Shown: positions 27,152 through 40,000 of the stretch, piece by piece
Position numbering within the stretch: position 1 is the stretch's first letter
How the letters are laid out: each line of letters opens with the position of its first letter
Assembly (NCBI GenBank): GCA_051362555.1
Contig: CM120641.1
Span: 46,382,401-46,446,400, forward strand
DNA from: Lingula anatina
Taxonomy: Eukaryota; Animalia; Brachiopoda
Direction of reading: 5' to 3'
Length of the DNA stretch: 64,000 nucleotides
Made by a program: the position numbers and the translations under genes
Notes under the pieces: generated by a model
Told to the model about the DNA's origin: nothing
Database searches by the model: none
What the model saw: only the letters and a program-made list of their open reading frames with translations

Positions 27152-27510
27152 AGATTGGATCATCTATTATTGACATTTCAGTCTTAAAGTGTGCAACCCA
27201 AAGCTTTCTAAGTCTTTGGCCAAAAATAATTATGTATTTACATCCACTGAAAATTTAAGGAAAGCGGCTTTGATATCAAGATTGGATCATTTATTATTGA
27301 CATTTCAATCTAAAAGTGTGCAACCCAAAGTATTCATATTCTCTAGCCCAAAATAATTATGTGGACACAACCACTGAGATCTTAAGGAAATCAGCTTTGA
27401 CATCAAGATTGTGTCATTTATTATTGACATATCTTTTTAAAATGGACCCAAAGCATGCAACCCAAAGCATTCAGTGGTAGCACCATCTGATTGTATCATT
27501 TATTATTACT
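27152..27510. repeat. Diverged 127-bp tandem repeat (about 2.5 copies plus a fragment)
   Basis: The unit start AGATTG(GA/TG)TCAT(C/T)TATTATTGACAT recurs at 27152, 27279 and 27406 (period 127), followed by TGCAACCCAAAG in each unit. A partial fourth start lies at about 27490. Confidence 0.8.
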
Positions 27511-27939
27511 GTTCAGTTTATTAAATTTGGTAATGAAAATCCAAATGTAGCAGTTATGGAAACAGTTTCCTTATTATTTTTCATGATTTCTAGGAAACAA
27601 AAATCATTGAGGGGTAAGGGTGTTCACGCTGCTATTAAGTATACATGTATGACTACTCTTAAACTTTGTACTAAGTAAACATTTTCATAAAGTTAAAATG
27701 AATTCAAATACGGAATACCACTACGCTCTCTTCAATACGATAATTTTCATAGTGGAATTCTTTTGTGTAACGTAATAAATGCAAAACACAGAAGGCAGTT
27801 TTTGATGTTTTGTGACACATAATATTTATAAAAACAAAAGCAAAGTTAAAAATCCCCATGGTTTTGTGTAGATGACATTTCTAAATTCAGAATTAAACTA
27901 CTCTTCTCCAACCCACATTTTCCATCTCACGGGCAAAGG

Positions 27940-27943
<4 letters not shown>

Positions 27944-27986
<43 letters not shown>
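27944..27986. repeat. Poly-T run (43 nt)
   Basis: Directly visible. Confidence 0.9.
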
Positions 27987-27987
<1 letters not shown>

Positions 27988-30584
27988 TAAGAAATGTGTC
28001 CATTTTCAAGTCTCTACAGCATATTCCAAGTTTTGGGGTTCAGTAGGCTGTAGTCTCTATGTTCCAATGGTCTGAAAAATTTGAATAAAAGAACTGTTTC
28101 GCATGTTTTTTCCTTATCATAATACTTTAAAATAAGAATGACTTTGAAGATGTTCTTTGTTATTGATTTTTGTTTTAAATATTTTTCTTTTTAATTTTTG
28201 TTTTATGTATTTTTATTCATTTATTTATTTATTTTATTTTTGTTTTAACATTAAGTAAGTGAGTAAGAGTATTGCATAAGGCCCCTGCTATTTCGCCATT
28301 GATGACCATTATGCAGGATTTGAACGAACATCATCGTTAATGAATTGTTGTGTGATGAAACGTCCTGACAAAAGAGCACCCCGTCGTCATGTGATTGATA
28401 GTAAATTGGTTATTTAGAGTAAACTCCTGCATCCCGGCTAGAAGTTAATGAAGTCCTGATGATATTGCGCATTTAAATTTCAATTAAAAAATTTAATTTT
28501 TAATTTTTAGATTCAAACTAAAATAGCCCACGCTCTGATCTCATAAATAAGTAAAATACTTGTTGAGCGCAATGTAAAGATAATTTGCTGCAAAAAAATA
28601 TTGTTTTAAGACAGTCAAACACACAAAACATTTCGTCAAAGTAAGTGTCATTTTATTATAATCGCCATAAAAAAGGACAATGTCTCGATCTTAATTAAAT
28701 TGTTTCCTTTGAAAGGCAGACGCTAAGGCTCGAAATCTGGTTCCGGGATGTCGCAAGTGGCCTCTCCGCACGTCGTCATGTCACCGCTAACACACATGGG
28801 TTGGCAATCACAGTCAAGTCTGAAAGTATGAATATATTTAGCGAAAATAAATATGAATGACGGCGAACGCAGAATCAATCTAAGTGCAAAATTGAGTGTC
28901 AAAGCTGATAATAATGATAATGGTGAATCGGTGATGATGATGAGGTGAAAAAGGCAATTAGATCGGGGTTAATTTTTGGTTAACATTGATTACAAAATTT
29001 TGTGTCAAGAATAGATCTTACAGTTTTAACATAATGTATAAAAACTACTATTGAGTTCAAACGATTCAGAGCGTTTCAACGTTTTGACCTTCAATATGTA
29101 TATCCGTTTGAATGGAGAAGAGCCAGAATTCAAGTTATGGCGATAAGATCAACCCCTGTTTATTTCTACCTACTTGCAGACGGCTTGATCTCCACACTTG
29201 CAGTCAAAGAGACAGGCGAATTTGGTTTCTTCGGCACACTGTGGTACTGGATTGCATTCTGAAAGATGAGGTAGTAATACCAAAACTTTGTAGTAATACC
29301 AAATGATACCAAATAAAGGTATAGATTATAATATCAAATATGATTTTATGTTGTTAAAATATTTACCTTTTTCTGTGCAGTGCGATGTTGTTTTTACCTT
29401 TTTGTCATTTATTCATATTTTGTCGTGAAAATAAAAGTAGAGGGTTGAACGTGGCGTGAGCCGTACACCCTACATTTCGAGGTTCTCCACTTTTCTCCCT
29501 ACGTACGCTAATCTTCGAACAGCAAAGGAAGTGCAGTTTTGCCGATGTCAAAAGGATGGTCCCATACCATACTCGCCGCGAAGTGAATCACAAAATAACC
29601 ATAACGCTTCCACTGATAGCAGGTAATAACTACACGAAAGAGGAATCAAATAAGTAAAAGGATAGGGAGTCGTTGAGAGTAAGTTATTAACTTTACAGCA
29701 TATGGTTATTTTGTGCAGGTAATTATATCGTAGATATAATTCCCTATTTTATGAGAACATTAAAATGTTTGACAGCACGTTTAGCAATATAGAGACAGAT
29801 AGCACAGACTAATCCCTCTACCCGGAATGAAATAAAGACAACAGTGATTTTGAAAATTACTCCTCAAACATACCTTGTAGTTTTCCGTCAATGCACCCAT
29901 ATGATGCATCTGTGATATTGTCATCTTGTGTCTTCTTACCCACGGCGCCCCCCAACAACACCACGAACAACAGCGCAAACATCATCGTGCCACAACCCTG
30001 GTGATTTGAAAAACAACGAATGGTGTGCTTCTTTTAGTGAAGATGCACTGAAATGAAAAATATATATAGTTGGTTAACTGGTCTGGGTTTACCCTGTCTT
30101 TTTCTTCTGTTTTCCCCGTTATATAAAAAACTCATCCAAGAAATGTTAAAATGAATGCCTCTATATATTTAGGCCTTACATTTGTTATACTGACTCAGTA
30201 TTGTCATATGCTCTGTATTTATGTTCATAAATACAAAATCACCCACATTTATGACTTAATTGACAATAATTGAGTGGAAATTGACAATGAAATAATTTCC
30301 TCGTCCTAGGTTGTGGGATTTTCCGGAGCTAACGTCATACAGTCAGCTGTTAAGTTTCCGACCGGAATTGCATTTTACAGTATATTCGACTCACGTGGAT
30401 CTAGGCGTCATGAATTTCAAATATTTCAGTTACTGGAAGCCGCAGAGGCATACTGGTGATAGGAACTACCGTTTCTAAGATATTTTAAACTCAAGTCTTC
30501 TTTGGTGCAATTAATTAACATTTTCCCGCAATCTTTCAGTAATTTATAGGCCTGTTTTGAATAATTAGATCCCATACTTATATA

Positions 30585-32245
30585 CAGACTTGACATTTAA
30601 TATGGAATATTTTTTCAAAATCATAATTCATCAGTTTTTTTCCTATTTTGCCGACTGATAAATGAAAATAAGGATCAAAATCGTGTTTTAATAACTTCTG
30701 ATAAACTGTTCCATGTCATTGTGACATCAGTTCTTTAATTGACTTCGCCAATGAAGCAAACAAAAATACATTGCCAATTTTAAGTCATACGACAACCATT
30801 GAAAGCGATATTTTGGATCTCCATATTTTCCAAATTATCGTCTTTAAAAGAGTTACACGACCCACAAAGGACCTTCATGTCAGTGTCTAGTCACAGTAAC
30901 GGTCGCCGCTATGCCTGACCTTATCTTTCTGCTACCAGAGCTTTCAAGAGGCAAGGCATTTCTTGGGATAGTTTTTTTAGAATTTAATCTGGAATAAAAT
31001 TCCAGGCAACGGTTAAAGCTTGTCCAATTTGGTTCAGTTTTGTTGTAGGACATGCAGGCCGTTGATTTGGCGACTATTGACCTAACCACATATTGTTAAA
31101 GTGGTTCAAATATGGCGATTTTGATGACCAAGGTAGCTGCTTATTCCCTTGGTTCTATAAGTTATCTGCTATTAAAAGTGCTCTGTGTGAACCAGCTATC
31201 TGATCGTGCAACCTAAAACTGTTCCTAAGGTGCCCCTATCAAATGATAGTCAAGTGGTTCCCAGATTATTCCTTTATTTGATCTGGTTCAGGTTTTAATC
31301 GATGACTTCCATTGGTGTTTTGGCACCAATGTGGTATCAACTCCAAATATTGACGCTGTCAGTGGCCCTAGTCACTTCAGAAGGGGCACACATCTTGTCG
31401 TAGGCCTCTTGAAGATGTCCGTAAACTCTTTTTTGACCACTTGAGCGGTACAGGTGAAATCTGACCTCAATAAAGAAAACAACGCGGTTTCAGTGTTCTA
31501 CCCAGAAACGGTCATGGTCCCCAATTCATTAGAGAAACAGACTACGCTGTTTTGCTGTTTACAGTGGCCTCCTCAGAGGTGGGCTGGTATCCTAATCTGC
31601 TTAAACCAGTTTGGTGTTCGCTAAGAGCCTTGAAAAACGCGTTTTGGTGACAATTTGCCCCTCATTTAAAACGGACTGGGTGGTTTTGGTTTAATTGCAG
31701 CAGCATATCCTGAAGGACATTGAGTCCTGTATTCTTGTGGTAAGATATTGATACATTGGACGTGGTGTCTGTGTTGGTACATAAGCCTGGGCATTACTCT
31801 GTGAAACTGTGCGGACCGTTCCTTTTGGGGCAATAATCTGTCTGGCAATGTCTGTCTTTTTCGCACCATTCTGGCACAGTTTAACGATTTTGAAAAACAG
31901 CGCTTAACTCATTTTACGTACTGCAAAACCGACCGCTTGCATGCAAAATTTCAAATTCTTCTATGCAATGGTTGCCGACATATGGATACTTTTTTGACAG
32001 AACCATGCCTCTCCAAAGCCAAGCTTTGACCAGCTCAAAGGAGCACTACCCAATTAAATCAATGCATATTTAACAATGCAGCAGTGCATCAGACTTGGTA
32101 ATCAGTTAATTGGTAGAGACACACCTTTCTTCATACTTCCCCAGTCAGATATCTTATATGAGATCTGCGTTTTTTCAATAAAGAACGCATTTTTACCTAG
32201 GTATACCTTTAAAACTGAAATATTCCATATTAAATGTCAAGTCTG
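30585..32245 (-). mobile_element. Tc1-family (Tc1/mariner) DNA transposon, 1661 bp, full length, inactive
   Basis: Perfect 28-bp TIRs CAGACTTGACATTTAATATGGAATATTT at 30585-30612 and 32218-32245, with TA on both flanks (30583-30584, 32246-32247) and an internal degenerate transposase. Confidence 0.9.
30880..31942 (-). pseudogene. Degenerate Tc1-type transposase
   Basis: Minus-strand translation across stops and frameshifts gives HTH-like GAKKTDIARQ; H*NRVVFFIEVRFHLYRSSGQKRVY (compare WxxVLFSDESRF); SVNIWS...TPMEVID*NLN; LHDQIAGSHRA (compare QDNARPH); LPWSSKSPYLNHFNNMW (compare WPxxSPDLNPIExxW); AWNFIP...EMPCLLKALV; terminal TRH*. Confidence 0.85.
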
Positions 32246-33948
32246 TATTTACTCTCCTGTTTCTAAGTCCTCTACTGAGTATGTAGAATTTAATCTTAAA
32301 AGACAAGATAATTATAGTGGCAATGACGTGGATGCTAGTAAAACTATCTCTAACGCCTTCTAGAAAAACACGCTAACACTCCCCTTTTGATTTTGCGTAT
32401 GAACCCTGTCATCGGATTTAGTGGTCTATCACTCTCCGGTGATAAATCCACAAATGAAAAATCGTGAACAAAATTGAAGTTAAAACCAAGTGAATTCTAA
32501 AAAAGAAAAAGACTATGCCATTCAGTCAATGACTTTATTTACATCCTTCTAACCAAGTGATAAAGCGGTACCCTTTGATTTCAGGGGATTCTGAATTAGC
32601 ATACAAAATTTTAAGTATGATAGATACAAAATTTTAATAGCGCACCTGTGGTCAGAGAGTAGTAAAGTGGAGAGAAAGGCGCAAATGTCTTAGCGGAGAG
32701 CATTGATTGCGTTTTCTTTGCAGCTTCTCTAACGCAATGTCAACTGGCAGTACTTATATCAAGCACTTCAAGCGAAACGATACTCTGCTCGTATGGTAAC
32801 CTTAGCTGCAGTTTTCTGTGTAGCAGGATTAGGCATGTTTTATGTAGCAAACGCCTATGGCAAAGAATAACAACATTAAGTATCATGACAGTTGTAACCT
32901 CCTTAGTTAATCAAAATTAACTTAAATTGAATTTACTTTTCTAATTTGTTCTGACCCCAGGCGAAGACTAAGTGGCACCCTATGAGCGTCGCTTCATTAA
33001 CTAGGCTGGCGGAGTTTCGTCGGTTATCTATTTAAATTACCCTGAAATTAGATTTTTCGTCCCAAACTATGAGTTGCATTGATTGAAAATCTGACGTCTG
33101 AAAAATTGATGCGCGTACATCATAGGCCTACGTGTGAATAAAATAATACCCTTATTCATGCTACGTTATAAAGGTAAGCCCTCTATAGCAATGACGGGAA
33201 ATCAATAGTTTGAAAATGCCTGGCAGATTGGTTTAAGATATTTCATTTTCGTCAAAGGTAGTTGAAAATTAGATGAACAGGTCCTGTTGCGATTATACTG
33301 ACTGTTTGTTGGTTTTGCTGTCGTTTAACGCCACCACTTACCAGAATTCTTTTTCATGTTTAGCTGCAACGAATACTACAATTAGATGGGCATTGTAATT
33401 ATTGTGAATACTTTAAAATGGCGATTTTGAAATTTCATGTGAAATAAGAGATATTCCTGTTTCCTTCCTCGTACAGCTAGACACACGTATTAGGCTTGTC
33501 CGTAGTCTATAATGATGTAATACGATTTCGGAGCTATCTTGCCTGACAAACTTATCCTCGAAAAGTGCGCGTTATAGGCACAATAGGCCTACATATGGTT
33601 CAGAATTTTCTGGAATTTCTTTCTTTTTTGTTCCGTTAAGAACGTTAAGAGTGGGCCAATGCCCCCTTTTGGAATATCTCATTGGCAGTCAGTCTCTTTT
33701 TACTAAATTCATAAGAAAACTTCCCTTGGAGGCTGTTGGCCAGCTGTGGGACGTCAAATCAACTGCAAAACATACCCGACGCTTTTGCTTCTTTCTTTAA
33801 AAACTCAGCCAATTTGCATCGACTTTAATGAACAAGCGAAAAATGTTAAGTTCCAGTTGTCTCATTCAAAAAGGAAATAGGGCCACGTTTTCAATATGTT
33901 TTCATCTCCCCAGCCCCTGCAGTTAAAACCATCAAATAAGCACACTCA

Positions 33949-33964
33949 TGCCACCTAGCGGTCA
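33949..33964. promoter_or_regulatory. CTCF-like motif near the TRIM9/67 start codon
   Basis: TGCCACCTAGCGGTCA matches the CTCF core consensus, about 75 nt before the ATG at 34040. Confidence 0.45.
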
Positions 33965-34039
33965 CCGCGAGATTCAACAATCCAAACAAAAACGAGGCTG
34001 TTAATAGTGGAGCGTTCAGAGGGTGCTTGGGGAGCAAAG

Positions 34040-37000
34040 ATGGATGGGGAACTGAAGTGTTCTGTGTGCTGTCGTAACTTCACCAAGCCAGTCTTGCTTC
34101 CTTGCTCACATTCTCTTTGTTTAGGGTGTGCTCTGAGTATCCAAGCTCCAGTTCAGCAATTTGTCCCGGCGCCGGCCAGTTCCGAGGAGGGAGCGACAAC
34201 ATCAACGACGGTTGGATTACCTGAGTACGACTTCCCTGATATTGACAAAGTGTCGATACTCAGCGAAACGGACAGTGGAGTCGTGTGTAATAGCCGACCA
34301 AATAGTTATGTCGGAACCCCAAATGTCAGTAACATCATCACACAAGCAATACAGGGGAGTTCTATCGGTATCTGTTGTCCAGCGTGTAAAAAAACAGTTT
34401 ACTTGGATGAAAATGGTGCGAACAGTTTACCAAAAAACAAAGTTCTGGAGGTTATAGTTGAGAAATACACGAGCGGAAAAAGTATGGTGGTTCGATGTCA
34501 GTTGTGCGAAAAGGACCCCAAAGAGGCCTCGGTGATGTGCGAGCAGTGCGAGGTGTTTTACTGTGACAGTTGTCGCGAGCACTGTCACCCGGCTAGGGGT
34601 CCCCTGGCCAAACATAACCTGGTAGCCCCCAGTGCGGGCAAAGACACCATGAGGGCCAAAAATAAAAGCATAAGCATCAAAGACGTCAAATGTTCAGATC
34701 ACGGGGATGAGAATATTAGCATGTACTGTTTGATTTGTAAAGTTCCCCTGTGCTGTCTTTGTATGCAGGACGGCCAGCATGTCAACCACGATGTCCAAGC
34801 ACTAGGGGCTATATGTAAAGCTCAAAAGGTAAGTACATAGTTATAAATATATATATTCTCAATTCAAGTTATTACACAAGGCACTCGCTCACTTCTGGAA
34901 TACAGAACCTTTTGCTGCCTGCCCTGGAATTCCAGCAGTGAGAGCATTTATTTTATGTCACGGCTTGAAGTGTTAACCAGTGATTGGATTAGCCAGGAAA
35001 TGGCAGGTGAAATGAGTGGAGTGTGTATGGCTTGGTACAAGTTAGTCAGCTATTGCCTAGTTAGTCTGTCACTATCCCCAGCCCTCTGCCCCAAGTCAAG
35101 TCAACCTGGATGGGCTCCATTCATTTACGTACGTACGCTCCACCTGAGTACCCGACCCAGCAGGCGCCATACTGACGGACAACTTTTATGGCTTTTCCCA
35201 ATTCAAAGCGTAGTTTTATTATGCCCTGACTCATTCAAACTTCATACCTTTGTTGATCTTAACCAGTGATGCCATTGACCAGGCTGATGGCTATCACAGA
35301 GAAAACTGTGCACGGGTCCTAGAGAAATCCACCCTGCTGTGATATTATAATACTTTGTGTAATTATTTCACCTATGGATTTGTGAATGTTATTGTATTGT
35401 GTTGTACCCGTCCGCGGCAGATGTATTGATGAAGGGGGTCTTCTGTTTGTATGTGTATGAAACTGAGCATCTGGAGTGTTGAAAGTTATTCATAATTTTT
35501 CCGGCTCTGTGCTCCTTGTTGCTTTTGTCAACTATTGTCGAAGAAAATGTTTAAGCCTCTCCTTTATTTGTTCACTGATTGTAATGAACCTGGTGAATAA
35601 TAAGAGGTACATATTGGTATAAGTGAGTAACAGCAGAGAGCAGGATACTACCCCAGCCAGCAGTAAACCCCATATATTTCAAGTTGTCTTAAATTGAGTG
35701 TGAAAGGTCCTTCATAAATTCACAACATGTAGTCACTAAAATGTCTGGGCCCTGGAGAGATTTTTCCTAGCATTATCAATCACGTAAAGAACTTAAGACC
35801 AGTTCATTTGGTGATTTATAAAAGCAACTGATGACAGTGATTTAAGTATACATAGTTTTAAGAAGGATCAGGTTAATTAAAATTTTAAAACACCAGCTGC
35901 TGTTTTGCTCCAAAACCTTCTTAACAACACATGAAAGAACCTGTTAGTGATTCCCAAGAATATATTATTGGTCTAGCATAGCATGTTTAATAGTTCCTAT
36001 GGCTATTATTGATGTCCTGCTGCCGATAAAATGGCCATGAATATGTCAATAATATTCAAGATTATGGTAGATCTCAAGATTTATGACTGTATAGCCTGAG
36101 AACAAGTCAAGAGACATACACGGTTATATTTCATCTGTGTTTGAAAAGATTTATTAGAAAACCGTAACTTTTTTCTGCATAATACCCCTAATGACATAAG
36201 TGTACTTTGAAGATAGGTTGATATTCTGTTAATTGTCACATCTGATTAAAGGTTTAATATTTGTCTGATAGGGCTTCTGCAGTAATTTCCAGCCCTTTGT
36301 TTAAGATTTCTATTTTCTTTTGATTTAAAAGCTTATCGTATTCTGCATGAAATATGAATTAGTCATAATGGGTTTTTGGAGACATTAATGCCTGCGAGTG
36401 CCCTGGATCAGCGCCTTATAAATTAAGATGAATTAAGATTACAGGTGTGAATTGGGTTATCTCAGTGGCAAGTGTTGTGAGGTGTTTTAAGATGCAGATC
36501 GAATGATGATAATCAGATGTTACATTTTTATAGAAATTATTCAGCTCAAGACTCAAATCTTTGCTGTGTTTAAGAATTCAAAACTGTCTCCACTGTATTA
36601 TTACTTGGGTATGCAGTATATGTCCACAGGCATGGCTGTGAAAAGAACTATGGCTAATATGGGACACAGAGGAAATCTCCAAACAAATTACCAGAGAGTT
36701 ATCTCATTTGAACTATCTCATTTTGCCATATGCTGAATACAGCGACTGCGCTCTATGAATTTTTTGATCCCTTGTGAGCTTTGTCGCCTTGTGATTGACA
36801 CTTCATTATCCACTCGATCAAAGATGATCAAAGCCTTTGTCTTCTGTCCCCGCCGCCATTCACTCAGAAGATGAGATGTACACCGAGATAGCGCTGATGA
36901 AAGTCTTCGTGCTATATTCCCTCAGTCTCTGGAGACCTCACAATCACAACTGTTCAAATGAGGGAAACACAAATGACAATCAGACCTTCGCTCTCATATC

Positions 37001-40000
37001 AAAACATCAGATTGTGTGCCTTTTCTTAGGCGTCATTACCCAATCGGACATGACGAGCTCGGAGTTTTCCAGAGAAAATCTATTCAACTGGAGAATGTCA
37101 TTCTAATCTTAATTAATGGCCAGTATGCTAAGACAAGGCTGTAATAAGTCGGTCTGGCGCCTTGCTGTCCCAGAAGAGAATAGAAATGATGGACAGCTGC
37201 GCATGAGTTGATGGAGTAGGTTCAACATGGCCCAGGGGCAGCCTGTCAGTCACCTCCAGGATAACGAAATGAAAACTCCTGTATGTATCTCCTGAAGTAA
37301 CGTTTTGCATTCAGTCCTATTACTACCATGGAACATATGATGTGTTTTACCTTCAGCAACTGCAGTTAATGAGATATGGGAATTATTGATGATAAAATGA
37401 TTGCGCCTTAGCAGATTTAGCGATTATTATTTTTTCTCACCTTGAAGCCTTTTCAAGCAGTGGAAGTCAAGCAGCCAGCAAGGCAAAGTTCCCAGCATAT
37501 TTTTGTTGTTGGGAGGTCGTATCAAATCTTGGGAACTTTTTTCGTAACACATTTCTCACAGTTTTGTTTTTTTCCCCCGTACGTTTTCCTTCTTTTTTTT
37601 AAAAAATCATTTTTATGATTACAGACAAGCCCTTCAACTGTGTGAGGCCAAATATGTACTCACGATAAGGCAATGACATTCCCATTATCAGAATGTAAAA
37701 ACATAACCATTATCAGAATGTAAAAACATAACTCGCAGTTCAGGTTTAGTAAATCAGAATACCATTCTAGCATTCCATTCAGTACATATGCATATATATA
37801 TGTGCCATTCTAGCATTTTTGGCAGCATTTTTCTAGCTGCCTGCTAGAATGCTGCACTTAATGCTTGAGAGGCTCCCCTGACTCCCCACTACCAATCATT
37901 AAGCCTGAAGTATGTTGACAATGCATATAAATAGGTAAAGGGAAAATATACAACAACCCAGCTCGCCTGCAGACTTCCTCTTTCATTAAAGATGCAAGGT
38001 ATGATGGAAGTATCTGAAACATGGAGTTGGTTGAGGTGTGTGGTGAGTGGGTTAGTGTAACATGATCTGCCCTGTGTCTATTTGGCTGTGTGTGTGTGAT
38101 GTGTGCTTGTCTGCCTCGGCTCCTGGATGGCGGGCTCCATAGCTCACCTTGTCATTTTCTGCCTGATGAGCAGGGCAAGATTTAGAGGGAGAGCTCTCTC
38201 CTTGTTTCTTGGCATTTTTTCTGCTCTCCATGCTTTGCTTCAATTTGTGGAAAGTCTCTCACTGAGAACCAGACAGTGTGTCAAACAAAATTTCCCTCTG
38301 TCAGTTGAGAGTTGTTAATTTGTGTTGGTTGCTATTTTTTATTTCTGCAGGGTGTGATCTTTTACCATGCTACATGATTTGTTTTAAATTTGGGAGACTG
38401 TTGTATGCCTTTGATTTTTACTTGCCTGGATTTAGGGAGCTAAAATGGCAAAACAAATGAAAAGGTATTTATTGAAGCCATTGTACAGTTAATAGGGGGC
38501 TAATGCTGCAAATCTGAAGTGCATTGAAATAATTTCTCCATCTAATGGACTTTTAATTGCATCTATCCCTCATAACACATTATCATTCATGAAAATCAAA
38601 AATGATGAAATAACAATATGTACGGCATGCCTGTGATGCTTTTTAATAGCCCAGAGGGGTGATAGTAATATAACAGTGATAATGTGAAATACTTTGAAAT
38701 GAAATTAGTAGGAAAATTATATGGTTTTGAGAGATTCAGTACCTCAGTGAATACAAATTCTTATTGATTGCTGAACAATGTTGAGAGAGTGGGGAATTTT
38801 TTTAGATTTCCTCTGCAGGATTGCAGGAAATATCCGTGTTATTCTAATGGTGCCATAGCACTTGAGAGCTTAAGCCTGGATGTTTGTCTGAGAGTCTGGA
38901 AAGGAATAGGATGAGGAGTACCTTCAAAAGCAAGAGATTGTTCAGTTCAAATTGATAGTATTGATCAAGATTTCACTGGCTCCAGTCTGAATAATTAATT
39001 CCTCGAGTATGGTCAATATGAGAGATTTTATGAGACCTGAAGATGACAACCCGGTGCTGCTGATTTAATCCAGAGCAGGAGCCGAGTTTGACGATGGAAA
39101 TCGAAACTTTGTACTGTTGCAGTGCTAATCATTATTGGGTTATTGTGTTGCATCAATTAACTTAGTCAACTGGAATTAACAGGAGCTACTGGGTCCATTG
39201 GATCTGGTTCCAAGCTTCTGATGTGGTCTGGCACAATAGTTATTGTTTCTCACTTAAGAGGTAGTGAACCATGGGCCCGAAAGGAGAAAACATTTAGATT
39301 TCTTTTGTGTTTTAATGTAGACTTAATTATTTGAGTAATTTACCTCTTGGGTTCCCTCTTTGATGTTCTCCTTCTCGGGAAATATGTGCTTTTACCAAGG
39401 ATAACCGAAATAAATTGGTCGATGACAACTAATTAATGCTAATCTGTTAATGGGGTAATTTTCTGTAATTAGTCCTTTTTTTGCTAAGCTTCTGTTGACC
39501 TGTGTAATAAAAAGCAGCCAGATTAGGAGCGAAATTGCATTTTTTGAGCTCCGTAATCCTTTTGCTTCTGGACGATAAAGCTGATATTAAAAGAATGCGT
39601 GTCGCCAGTATGATTGATCATTTTTCACAGTGTAGGGAATGATGTGCTATTGAAAAATTCTGCCAAGAGATCTTGGGTTGTCTGTGGGGAGTTTTTAATA
39701 ACTCATTTTCTGTAATTTTATTAAATTTACCCGTGTTATTTTATTGGATTTTTACCCGTGTCCTCTTTGTCACTGTTCTGCGCTGGTGCTCATGGCAACC
39801 GAATTAAGTTGGTTCAGTGCAATATTGCACAGTGAAAAATGACCATATTGCATTGGTATTTCATTTATATCAGCCCCAGTCTGCTTTCTGCAGTACTTAT
39901 CATTTCTGCAAGCCAAAGCTTTGTGTGATCTGTCCTGAGGTTTCTGTAGGATCAATTTGTCTGCTTGCCATTTTAAAACCACTGGCTTAATGCAGTAGTT

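Noticed and set aside
27152-27510. Regularly spaced repeat as a possible CRISPR array
   Set aside because: The intervening sequences are homologous to each other, there are no cas genes and the context is eukaryotic.
34007-34039. GTG-initiated extension of TRIM9/67
   Set aside because: The family start MDxELKC matches the ATG at 34040.
34150-34370. Long insertion splitting the RING finger
   Set aside because: A known feature of the TRIM9/67 subfamily, not novel.
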